This document shows positions 6,969 to 14,645 of a DNA stretch of 27,542 nt, one piece after another (position 1 is the stretch's first letter; each line of letters begins with the position of its first letter). The notes under the pieces are model-generated. The model searched no databases, was not told the DNA's origin, and saw only the letters and a list, made by a program, of their open reading frames with translations. Both the position numbers and the translations under genes were made by a program. The DNA is from a virus, in the UHGV virus genome UHGV-0088497; one strand, given 5' to 3'.

Positions 6969-7608
6969 TATTGCGGATCTGGTTCAGAGTAAACACAGTG
7001 ACGTGAAACGCTCGGCTGAGCGTCTTGTTGCTGCGGGAATTTTAACCGCGCCATTGGCGCAGTTCGATTTTGAGCATAACGGTAATGTGTACCAGGAGTA
7101 TCGTTTTAACAAACGCGACTCTCTGGTGATTGTTGCCAGATTATCACCTGAATTTACCGCCGCGGTCGTCGATCGCTGGCAGGAACTGGAAGAAGGACAG
7201 AGTGTCAGTGTTCCCCGCTCATTACCGGAAGCGCTTCGCCTGGCTGCTGATTTAGCCGAGCAGAAAGAGCAACTGACGATCCAGCTGGCAGCCGCGGCGC
7301 CAAAAGTGGAGTTTGTTGATCGTTATTGCTCTGCAAAAGGCTCCATGTCATTCCGGCAGGTAGCCAAATTGCTTAACGCAAAAGAAACTGAGTTTCGTCT
7401 GTTCCTTATTGAACGCAATATCCTGTATCGCCTCGGCGGCACACTTACCCCCATGGCGCAGCACATTTCCGCGGGAAGATTTGAAGTTAAGACGGGAACA
7501 TCGAGCACATCCAATCACGCATTCAGCCAGACGCGTTTCACTGCCAAGGGAGTACGCTGGATTGGTGGTTTGTGGGCTGAACATATTGCAGGGGGGCAGG
7601 CGGCGTGA
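6922..7608 (+). CDS. Rha-family phage regulatory protein / antirepressor (Rha N-terminal domain plus ANT/KilAC-like C-terminus)
   Basis: N-terminus MSQLIVNGVVTMSSRDIADLVQSKHSDVKR matches the Rha pattern; GGAG 6 nt upstream of ATG 6922; C-terminal FRQVAKLLNAKETEFRLFLIERNILYR is ANT-like. Confidence 0.7.
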   Translation: MSQLIVNGVVTMSSRDIADLVQSKHSDVKRSAERLVAAGILTAPLAQFDFEHNGNVYQEYRFNKRDSLVIVARLSPEFTAAVVDRWQELEEGQSVSVPRSLPEALRLAADLAEQKEQLTIQLAAAAPKVEFVDRYCSAKGSMSFRQVAKLLNAKETEFRLFLIERNILYRLGGTLTPMAQHISAGRFEVKTGTSSTSNHAFSQTRFTAKGVRWIGGLWAEHIAGGQAA

Positions 7609-8600
7609 GGGCTTTGTTAACTCCTGAAGTCGCCCATCGCATGGGGATTGTGTTGTTTCGTCCCGGCGCGGAACTGATGCACCTCTTTATGCGTGGTCGC
7701 GTTTTGCTCGAGCCTGAACCAGAAGAAATGGCGTCATTCAGTACAGGAGCTGTTCCCGCCGCCATTCAGCCGCTGGCTGATGATCCGGTAATGCGGCAGG
7801 TCTTCGAGAATGATCGGGTTATTCAGCGTGCCGGTGGGCTTCCTTCCCTTGAGCAATGGTTGAGTACCCGGTTTGAATGCCAGTGGCCACATTCATCGTG
7901 GCACGATAAGAACTTCACAATAATGCGGCACCCACCAGGAAGTATTCACCTGTGCTGGCATTGCGATCACACTTTGTCGGGGCAACATACCGAACAGCTT
8001 GCAGGTATAGCGGCAGGAAACCTGGTATCCTGGATTCTGGAAGTCATTCGGCGTGATTCTGGTTTTCCCGAGTCGCATATCCTGACGCTTCCGGAACTGT
8101 GCTGGTGGATGGTCAGAAACGACCTGGCTGATGTTATTCCGGAAAGCGTTGCGCACAAGGGGCTACGCCTTCCGGATGAGAAGATCCGCTCGGTCATGAG
8201 GGAAAGCGATATTGTACCTTCCGTTTCTGCAACCAGCCTCGTGCAGGAGAAGGCGAAGAAGATCATCACGCTCTCTGTTGATCCGGAGTCTCCGGAATCT
8301 TTCATGCTCAGGCCAAAGCGACGCCGCTGGATAAATGAGACTTACACCCGCTGGGTAAAAACACAACCCTGTGAGTGTTGCCGACGGCCAGCAGATGATC
8401 CGCACCATATCGTAGGGCACGGTATGGGTGGTACAGCAACAAAAGCCCATGACCTCTTCGTGATCCCTCTGTGCAGAGAGTGCCACGACGAGTTACACGC
8501 CGATGTACCGGCATTCGAGCAGAAGCATGGTACGCAGCTTGAGCTGCTACTGCGTTTTATGGATCGGGCGCTGGCGATCGGTGTAATTGCGAAAGCTTAA
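7605..8600 (+). CDS. DUF968-like phage protein with C-terminal Cys/His-rich HNH-like zinc-binding motif (putative nuclease)
   Basis: 331-aa ORF; C-terminus CECCRRPADDPHHIVGHG...CRECHDELH; GTG start overlapping the upstream stop. Family names from memory. Confidence 0.55.
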   Translation: MRALLTPEVAHRMGIVLFRPGAELMHLFMRGRVLLEPEPEEMASFSTGAVPAAIQPLADDPVMRQVFENDRVIQRAGGLPSLEQWLSTRFECQWPHSSWHDKNFTIMRHPPGSIHLCWHCDHTLSGQHTEQLAGIAAGNLVSWILEVIRRDSGFPESHILTLPELCWWMVRNDLADVIPESVAHKGLRLPDEKIRSVMRESDIVPSVSATSLVQEKAKKIITLSVDPESPESFMLRPKRRRWINETYTRWVKTQPCECCRRPADDPHHIVGHGMGGTATKAHDLFVIPLCRECHDELHADVPAFEQKHGTQLELLLRFMDRALAIGVIAKA

Positions 8601-8617
8601 GTGTATGGAGAAAAGTG

Positions 8618-8983
8618 ATGCGTGATATTCAAATGTTACTTGAAAGATGGGGCGGGTGGGCTGCCAGTGATAGTTCTGGCGTGGACTATTCTCCTATAGC
8701 TGCAGGATTTAAGGGGCTGTTGCCGCAAACAGGTAGATCCCGACCGTCATGTACTGACGATGATGCGCTGATCATCGAAGGTTGCCTGGCGCGATTGAAA
8801 AGCCGGAAACCATATGAGCATTCACTGCTTGTAGCTCACTATCTGTATGGAATATCCAAGAGGAAGATCGCAAAAGTGCGTAAAAAAGATGAGAAATTGA
8901 TACGGATCGAGATACAGATGGCTGAGGGGTTTATTGATGGCTGCCTTTCAATGTTGGATGTAAGGCTTGATATGGATGAATAA
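8618..8983 (+). CDS. late-gene antitermination protein Q (Phage_antitermQ family)
   Basis: N-terminal RDIQMLLERWGGWAA and central AAGFKGLL...DDDALIIEGCLARLK...LLVAHYLYGISKRKIAK resemble Q-like antiterminators of Salmonella/E. coli lambdoid prophages; GGAG upstream. Confidence 0.7.
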   Translation: MRDIQMLLERWGGWAASDSSGVDYSPIAAGFKGLLPQTGRSRPSCTDDDALIIEGCLARLKSRKPYEHSLLVAHYLYGISKRKIAKVRKKDEKLIRIEIQMAEGFIDGCLSMLDVRLDMDE

Positions 8984-8989
8984 CTAATT

Positions 8990-9023
8990 GTTAACATTAT
9001 GCCCCGTGTAGGGGCCTAATGTT
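8990..9023. terminator. long imperfect hairpin (AACATTATGCCCC-GTGTA-GGGGCCTAATGTT) between convergent Q and the minus-strand cassette; tR'-like or bidirectional terminator candidate
   Basis: Inverted repeat read directly; no strong T-run, so function is uncertain. Confidence 0.35.
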
Positions 9024-9471
9024 ACAAGTGAGGGAAAATTCTACGCAGCACTAACCAACACCTACCAAATGTGCAAAGTGAAAGGAGCAGCGAAGACAAT
9101 CCTAACAGGAGAAATAAAAAATCAATTGGTTGAGCAAAGACCTTAACATCCTCTGGTAAGAACATAGCGATCAGTGGAAACAAGCAGGCCAAAATCAGCG
9201 TCAACCCTGTTGATAGCAAGCGATTTATCAATGTTGGTAATATATTATTCCTTTTGAGGGCGTTAATGGCCCCATCTTTGTCACTATCTGCGCTACTGAA
9301 TATAGATATAGCGGCGAGAACAAACCCAAAAAGAATTCCTGAAATTGTCGAAAGCACACCTGCTGTAGTTAACACATCAGCATGTTTCATAGGCTTAAAC
9401 AGTTTTGTCGCTGCATAAGTAATCAGAACTAAGAGGACCACTTTCCAAAAAAGAGTTAGAAATTCTCTCAT
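9022..9471 (-). CDS. small 4-TM inner-membrane protein (149 aa), second gene of two-gene accessory cassette (RexB-like architecture)
   Basis: Four hydrophobic helices; strong SD (AAGGGAGGA) upstream of ATG 9471, 18 nt after the stop of the upstream gene; AT-rich sequence. Confidence 0.65.
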   Translation of the reverse strand: MREFLTLFWKVVLLVLITYAATKLFKPMKHADVLTTAGVLSTISGILFGFVLAAISIFSSADSDKDGAINALKRNNILPTLINRLLSTGLTLILACLFPLIAMFLPEDVKVFAQPIDFLFLLLGLSSLLLSLCTFGRCWLVLRRIFPHL

Positions 9472-9489
9472 TTTGTCCTCCCTTTTGCG

Positions 9490-10437
9490 TTACTGGTTTT
9501 TTTTTGCAAGCTCATACTGTGCAAGGTAATTTGCATTATCAATTTTAGCAGATATCATCGCCGTCCTGATATCAGAATCAGAAGGATAGCCGCTTTTTAC
9601 TACTATAGTTTTCGAGCCTATGAGCACTTGATCAAGTAGGCTTTTTGGCGCTGTATCTGATGGTTCTGTTACATCAATTTTCTTGATGTTTAGCCCGCCA
9701 GAGCCTTTGGGGAATAGTTCAAGCAGTTCTTTAATAGCATCAGTAACTGATGATTTAAGATAGTTGAAGCCTGCTCTTTTGGGACGAATGCGACCGCGCA
9801 TGTTAAGTCTCAGGTGTGAACCGCCCATACCAACCACCATATCAATGATGTCATTAGTAAGGTCATTCTTAATCTGATAATTAGCTTTATTGAAATTTCT
9901 TGGCGCTGCGACAGTGAGGTCAAAACTGCGAAGGATGTTCCCATCTTCAAGAAGTTCCTTCATGCTCTCGTGCTTCCAGATAGCCTCGAATGTAACATTT
10001 TTCATTTGTGTCTTGTTGTACAGAATGAAAGATAAATCATTCACTTTGGGGCCTAAATGGTTGAGAGTCATTGCTAGTAAATCTGTTTCAAAGTAGTAAA
10101 TAAAATATGTCCGTTCTACTACTGAATCTTTATCGCTAAGCGGTATCGTTCGCTCGCTTCCTGTGGTGCCATCCTCGATAAAAGGTAAGAGACAATCACG
10201 CCTCCACGAGACATACCCAAAATAACTCTGCTGCTTATCATCCTTTTCAAGAATGACAAGTTTTAAACCGCGGTTTTGGGTTTCTGCTGTCACCACTAAA
10301 GGGAATGTAACCGGAGTCGTGTTTGTCATTTGCTCGAATGCAAGTTTCGCTGTAGACAGACCGTCTTTTTTACTTCCATTTCCAGTGAAAAAGCCAACTC
10401 TTACGCGACGAGTTTTCTTCTTATCTTCTGTAGTCAT
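9490..10437 (-). CDS. soluble 315-aa protein of unknown function, first gene of two-gene accessory cassette (RexA-like position)
   Basis: Long AT-rich ORF with no catalytic motif I recognise. ORF-track start at 10443 is TTG; ATG at 10437 is more likely. Confidence 0.65.
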   Translation of the reverse strand: MTTEDKKKTRRVRVGFFTGNGSKKDGLSTAKLAFEQMTNTTPVTFPLVVTAETQNRGLKLVILEKDDKQQSYFGYVSWRRDCLLPFIEDGTTGSERTIPLSDKDSVVERTYFIYYFETDLLAMTLNHLGPKVNDLSFILYNKTQMKNVTFEAIWKHESMKELLEDGNILRSFDLTVAAPRNFNKANYQIKNDLTNDIIDMVVGMGGSHLRLNMRGRIRPKRAGFNYLKSSVTDAIKELLELFPKGSGGLNIKKIDVTEPSDTAPKSLLDQVLIGSKTIVVKSGYPSDSDIRTAMISAKIDNANYLAQYELAKKNQ

Positions 10438-10675
10438 TATCAATCCGATGAGAATTTCTGATAAACGGACGAAAAATACTATAAATAATTGAGAAGATCA
10501 TTAGCGCGGTCCGCAAAAAGTGATGTAACGTGTTAAGAGTGGTTACTTGGTCACATTGCTTAATCATCAAATTCAGCTTCTGAGTTTTGTTTTAACGATG
10601 CTTGATTGTGCGACTTATCTCTCTGAAACTTATCTTCTTTTCCTTGACTATGAATTTTCTATCTAAGGAGGTTCT

Positions 10676-10924
10676 ATGTTGGGAGTGTGTTCTTGTGGTG
10701 GTAGGCTTGATGAGTCGCAGTATTCCACCGATAGCCTAGGTAATACGTTCAAATCTTGTCCAAGATGTACGCAGATTTCCGGGCATCACGTTTTCTATCT
10801 TATTGAGGAGTTTGGCGAGAGGGATATGGGGGATGGCAGAGTTATAGTGCAACCATATTGCCCATCGTGCAGAAACTACCAAGAAAGATCATTAGTTCCT
10901 GCGTTTGAGTGCAGTGGTTCATGA
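10676..10924 (+). CDS. Cys-rich zinc-ribbon protein (CSCGG...CPRC...CPSC), 82 aa
   Basis: ORF with strong SD (AAGGAGG, 10663-10669) and a canonical intrinsic terminator immediately downstream. Confidence 0.6.
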   Translation: MLGVCSCGGRLDESQYSTDSLGNTFKSCPRCTQISGHHVFYLIEEFGERDMGDGRVIVQPYCPSCRNYQERSLVPAFECSGS

Positions 10925-10942
10925 TCACAACATTCAATATAA

Positions 10943-10966
10943 GACCACCTTCGGGTGGTTTTTTTA
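10943..10966 (+). terminator. Rho-independent terminator (ACCACC-TTCG-GGTGGT followed by T6)
   Basis: Perfect 6-bp GC-rich stem with tetraloop at 10944-10959 and a T-run at 10960-10965. Confidence 0.8.
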
Positions 10967-11088
10967 TGACAAATCAGACATGCGCGGCGCGTAAAGGCGC
11001 TGGTGGTCGCAGAATGGAATTCTTCTCTTGCTGGTGAAGCCAACCAGAGTTATCTGTATGTCACTCTAATTGTTTAAGGGTAAAAGGC

Positions 11089-11280
11089 ATGCTAAATCAG
11101 CAAGATATGACAGAAACCGCGAAGGCTGTTTTCAATGAGTTAAGCGATAAACCAGCATCGGTTGGGGAGATTGCACAGAATACCCACCTCAGCCGCGAAC
11201 GTTGCCAACTCATACTTACGCAATTGGTGATGGCGGGATTATCTGACTACCAGTTCGGATGTTATAAGCGTTTCCAGTGA
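11089..11280 (+). CDS. small hypothetical protein (63 aa), possibly DNA-binding
   Basis: ORF in track with AAAAGG upstream; short helix-rich sequence; no firm motif. Confidence 0.4.
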   Translation: MLNQQDMTETAKAVFNELSDKPASVGEIAQNTHLSRERCQLILTQLVMAGLSDYQFGCYKRFQ

Positions 11281-11410
11281 TATGTTTTTTTGCACTATGT
11301 GAACTGCATCAACAGTTTAGTTTTTTCTTATTTCTGGCTTAAAAATAGTTTTTGACATAACTCTTTAGCTATTAAGATTTTTTACCTTATCAACTTGATA
11401 GAGGTGAAAA

Positions 11411-11743
11411 ATGAGTGTTGAAAATTATGAAATTGCTTTAAATGATGTTGACCCAACTAACCTGGGTGCGGTTAAAGACTTATTGGAGACACACTCCCAT
11501 CTTTTCAATGACTATTTTCTAGCCGGTTATGGCGGTGATGCCCGATACTCCGTTATTGATGGCTCATTTGAAGTTATCGGTATTGGAGATGGTTTTTTTG
11601 AGTATGAGGTTGGGATTGATTTTTTTGCTGGTTGCTCAGATATGAACGATACCCACGAAGACTCTGGGATACTTGAATATGAAGTTAGAGATGGAAGTAT
11701 TCACATTGAAGTGGATGAAGCTGTCTGGAGAGTAGACAATTAA
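11411..11743 (+). CDS. strongly acidic small protein (110 aa)
   Basis: SD GAGGTG upstream of ATG 11411; many D/E and few K/R (large net negative charge); immediately upstream of a DNA methyltransferase gene. Confidence 0.55.
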   Translation: MSVENYEIALNDVDPTNLGAVKDLLETHSHLFNDYFLAGYGGDARYSVIDGSFEVIGIGDGFFEYEVGIDFFAGCSDMNDTHEDSGILEYEVRDGSIHIEVDEAVWRVDN

Positions 11744-11933
11744 TTCCCGCTTACTGATCCTAATCGCGCCGCTATAAATGGTTTGGCGGCTTTCTGCTGT
11801 GGAAATGGGCGGCTGGTGGGTGTTAGCGCACCCAGTCAGCCATCAGCTCATGCTTTCAGGTCACAAGCTAACCAAGGCCCACTGCTTTAGCGCAAAAGCA
11901 ACGTGAGCCTATCAGAGTTACGCTTACTGATCT

Positions 11934-12986
11934 ATGAAAAATACTGTAAAAATAAACAGGGTTGAGTTAATCAACGCTGATAGCCTGCATTACGTCGCCA
12001 CCCTCCCGGATAACTCTATTGATCTGATTGTTACGGATCCTCCGTACTTCAAAGTGAAGCCTAACGGCTGGGACAACCAATGGAAGGGGGACGAGGACTA
12101 CTTACGCTGGCTTGATAGCTGCCTGGCTGAGTATGCTCGCGTTCTTAAACCTGCTGGCAGCATCTACCTGTTTTGCGGTCACCGACTGGCCTCAGACATA
12201 GAGATTATGATGCGTACCCGGTTCAAAGTTTTGAATCACATCATTTGGGCAAAACCATCGGGCCGCTGGAATGGATGTAACAAAGAAAGCCTGCGTGCGT
12301 ACTTTCCATCTACGGAACGGATTTTGTTTGCTGAGCACTATCTTGGGCCGTACACAGGTAAAGAGGATGTTTACGAAAGGAAAAGCACAGAGCTAAAGCA
12401 GCACATTATGACGCCGCTGATTGATTACTTCCGTAATGCCCGTGAATCACTGGGAGTCAGCTCGAAAGAAATAGCTGAGGCAACCGGAAAGAAAAACATG
12501 GCGTCACACTGGTTTGGTGCAAGCCAATGGCAACTACCAAATGAAGTGGACTATAGAAAATTGCAGGAACTGTTCACGCGGATCGCTATCGATAAGCACA
12601 TTCAGCAGAAGCTTGAACATCCTCACCACCAGCTGGTAGCCACCTATCAGTCATTAAACCGCAAGTATTCAGAATTGCTGGAGGAATACAAAACCCTCCG
12701 GCGCTGCTTCTCTGTTTCCGCTTTTGTTCCGTATACCGACGTATGGACGCATAAGCCTGTTCAGTTTTATCCAGGCAAACATCCATGCGAAAAACCTGCC
12801 GACATGCTGAAGCAGATCATTAGCGCCAGCAGCAGACCGGGGGATATCGTTGCCGATTTCTTTATGGGCTCTGGTTCAACTGTGAAAGCTGCAATAGAAC
12901 TTGGTCGTCGGGCGATCGGCGTAGAACTGGAAACCGACAGGTTTATTCAGACCACCGAAGAGGTGGAAAAACTCAACAAAACATAA
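11934..12986 (+). CDS. beta-class DNA methyltransferase (motif IV DPPY before motif I FxGxG), N6-adenine or N4-cytosine specific, no adjacent restriction gene seen
   Basis: VTDPPYF near the N-terminus and DFFMGSGST near the C-terminus give the beta-class motif order. Confidence 0.8.
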   Translation: MKNTVKINRVELINADSLHYVATLPDNSIDLIVTDPPYFKVKPNGWDNQWKGDEDYLRWLDSCLAEYARVLKPAGSIYLFCGHRLASDIEIMMRTRFKVLNHIIWAKPSGRWNGCNKESLRAYFPSTERILFAEHYLGPYTGKEDVYERKSTELKQHIMTPLIDYFRNARESLGVSSKEIAEATGKKNMASHWFGASQWQLPNEVDYRKLQELFTRIAIDKHIQQKLEHPHHQLVATYQSLNRKYSELLEEYKTLRRCFSVSAFVPYTDVWTHKPVQFYPGKHPCEKPADMLKQIISASSRPGDIVADFFMGSGSTVKAAIELGRRAIGVELETDRFIQTTEEVEKLNKT

Positions 12987-13129
12987 CGATCATCACGCTC
13001 CCTGTTGCTGTGGTGATCACCATTTTCAGGCACCGGGAATCATCCTTACTTTTAGTTGAACAAAAGAGCCCGGTTGCCTGATCCCCTCCAATCACACACA
13101 GCGCCATCCGAAAAATCGGAGGTGAGGCT

Positions 13130-13408
13130 ATGACCAGAATGAGCACCATTTACAGCAGACTTTCATATGGATCAGGAACCACGCTTGCCGGCTGCGGTGT
13201 ATCAGCGAAGGCATATGCCGAAACAGCCAAAACAGCAAAAGAGGTGTCCTGGATGTTGGCCGACAGAATTGCAGGGTTAAGCCTGAGCGACTGGGCAATT
13301 ATTGTCGGTATCGCATGCACAGTTATCACCTGTGCAGTGAACTGGTATTTCCGCTGGAAAGAACGGGAGGATCGGCGCAATGGCTATGCCACCAAAGCTG
13401 AAGAATAA
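13130..13408 (+). CDS. class II holin (pinholin, phage-21 S21-like) with dual-start motif (M-T-R-M)
   Basis: C-terminal TM2 and basic tail (WAIIVGIACTVITCAVNWYFRWKEREDRR) resemble S21; Gly/Ala-rich weakly hydrophobic TM1; GGAGG 7 nt upstream of ATG 13130 and a second ATG at 13139. Confidence 0.75.
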   Translation: MTRMSTIYSRLSYGSGTTLAGCGVSAKAYAETAKTAKEVSWMLADRIAGLSLSDWAIIVGIACTVITCAVNWYFRWKEREDRRNGYATKAEE

Positions 13409-13928
13409 ACTGAGCGCAGCGGTCGTTGGTTTGATTCTTGCGGGGGCTTCCGCGCCCGTGATTCTCGATCAGTTTCTGGATGAGAAAGAGGGTAACAGCC
13501 TGACAGCATATCGCGACGGCGGCGGAATCTGGACTATTTGCCGTGGCGCCACGATGGTTGATGGTAAGCCAGTCGTTCAGGGGATGAAACTGACGCAAGC
13601 TAAGTGTGAACAGGTCAATGCCATTGAGCGTAACAAGGCGCTGGCGTGGGTTGAGCGAAATATCAGGGTACCGCTGAGCGAACCACAGAAAGCCGGGATC
13701 GCATCTTTCTGCCCATATAACATAGGCCCCGGAAAATGTTTCCCGTCCACGTTCTATAAGCGAATGAACGCCGGCGACACAAAAGGCGCGTGTGAAGCTA
13801 TTCGCTGGTGGATTAAAGACGGTGGCCGCGATTGTCGCCTGACCAAAGGCCAGAAAAATGGCTGTTATGGGCAGGTAGAACGACGAGATCAGGAAAGCGC
13901 GCTGACGTGCTGGGGGATAGACCAGTGA
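13386..13928 (+). CDS. SAR endolysin (GH24/T4-type lysozyme with N-terminal signal-anchor-release domain, R21-like)
   Basis: N-terminus [27 protein letters not shown] (SAR-like); catalytic region [22 protein letters not shown] (E...D...T spacing of T4-lysozyme type); follows a pinholin. Confidence 0.8.
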   Translation: MPPKLKNKLSAAVVGLILAGASAPVILDQFLDEKEGNSLTAYRDGGGIWTICRGATMVDGKPVVQGMKLTQAKCEQVNAIERNKALAWVERNIRVPLSEPQKAGIASFCPYNIGPGKCFPSTFYKRMNAGDTKGACEAIRWWIKDGGRDCRLTKGQKNGCYGQVERRDQESALTCWGIDQ

Positions 13929-14440
13929 GCCTGCGCTATCAGTTCATTGCTATTTCGGTGCTGGTGGCCGTCGCATTTATCGCCGGAAACGAGTGGAGTA
14001 ACCGCGGTTGGGAAAAAAAGTGGGCGGAACGTGACAGCGCGAAATCCTCGCAAACAGCGAACGCGCAGACCGCCGCCCGCATGATTGAACAAGGGCGAAT
14101 TATTGCCCGTGATGAGGCTGTAAAAGATGCACAAGCACAAGCCGCTAAATCTGCTGCGAATGCTGCTGGCCTGTCTGCCACTGTTAGCCAGCTGCGCACC
14201 GAAGCAACAAAGTTTGCCGCCCGCCTGGACGCCGCAAAGCACACCTCAGATCTTGCCGCTGCCGTCAGAAGCAAAACAGCCGGAGCCGACGCCAGAATGC
14301 TCGCCGACATGCTCGGAAGTATTGCAGAAGAAGCTCGATATTATGCTGAGCGATCTGACGAAAGCTACCGGGCTGGAATGACATGTGAGCGTGTTTACGA
14401 CTCGGTGAGACATTCGAATAACAACAGGGTTACACGATGA
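13925..14440 (+). CDS. i-spanin Rz
   Basis: GTG at 13925 overlaps the endolysin stop; N-terminal TM helix ([15 protein letters not shown]) then Ala/Gln-rich coiled-coil-like periplasmic domain. The ORF-track start at 13832 would overlap the endolysin by ~100 nt. Confidence 0.7.
   Translation: MSLRYQFIAISVLVAVAFIAGNEWSNRGWEKKWAERDSAKSSQTANAQTAARMIEQGRIIARDEAVKDAQAQAAKSAANAAGLSATVSQLRTEATKFAARLDAAKHTSDLAAAVRSKTAGADARMLADMLGSIAEEARYYAERSDESYRAGMTCERVYDSVRHSNNNRVTR
14127..14381 (+). CDS. o-spanin Rz1 lipoprotein, embedded in Rz in the +1 frame
   Basis: Lipoprotein signal with lipobox LASC ([23 protein letters not shown]) followed by a Pro-rich mature region; fully inside the Rz coding region. 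Alternative start at ATG 14160. Confidence 0.7.
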   Translation: MHKHKPLNLLRMLLACLPLLASCAPKQQSLPPAWTPQSTPQILPLPSEAKQPEPTPECSPTCSEVLQKKLDIMLSDLTKATGLE

Positions 14441-14522
14441 ACGCCCACGTGCAGTGGCTGTGCTTGATGGTAGGATTGACGAGAAGAGGGAAAAACTTAA
14501 AGTGCTTGGGGTAACGATTACT

Positions 14523-14645
14523 TTAATTTTTACTGGTATATCGCTTTTGCAATTCAAGTTTCGCCCAGTGCATAAGGAACCCGATTATGGGAGCCGCATA
14601 AGGGGAAAGTGCGTTAAGAAAGTCAATTAGAGTTGTGTCTATCAT
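14523..14645 (-). CDS. 40-aa hydrophobic peptide with canonical SD (candidate small membrane protein / toxin-like peptide)
   Basis: Hand translation of minus strand: MIDTTLIDFLNALSPYAAPIIGFLMHWAKLELQKRYTSKN; AAGGAG (rc of 14653-14658) 7 nt upstream of the ATG (rc of 14643-14645); in the otherwise gene-free lysis-to-cos gap. Confidence 0.35.
   Translation of the reverse strand: MIDTTLIDFLNALSPYAAPIIGFLMHWAKLELQKRYTSKN

Noticed and set aside
9497-9507. A9/T9 homopolymer at the 3' end of the 315-aa gene as a possible slippage site.
   Set aside because: Frameshifts here would alter only the last few residues and would not fuse the gene to the downstream membrane protein gene; A/T runs are expected in AT-rich DNA.
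11352-11380. Sigma70-like -35 TTGACA (11352-11357) upstream of the acidic protein gene as a promoter.
   Set aside because: No convincing -10 hexamer at correct spacing (best is TAAGAT at 15-bp spacing); too weak to list as a feature.
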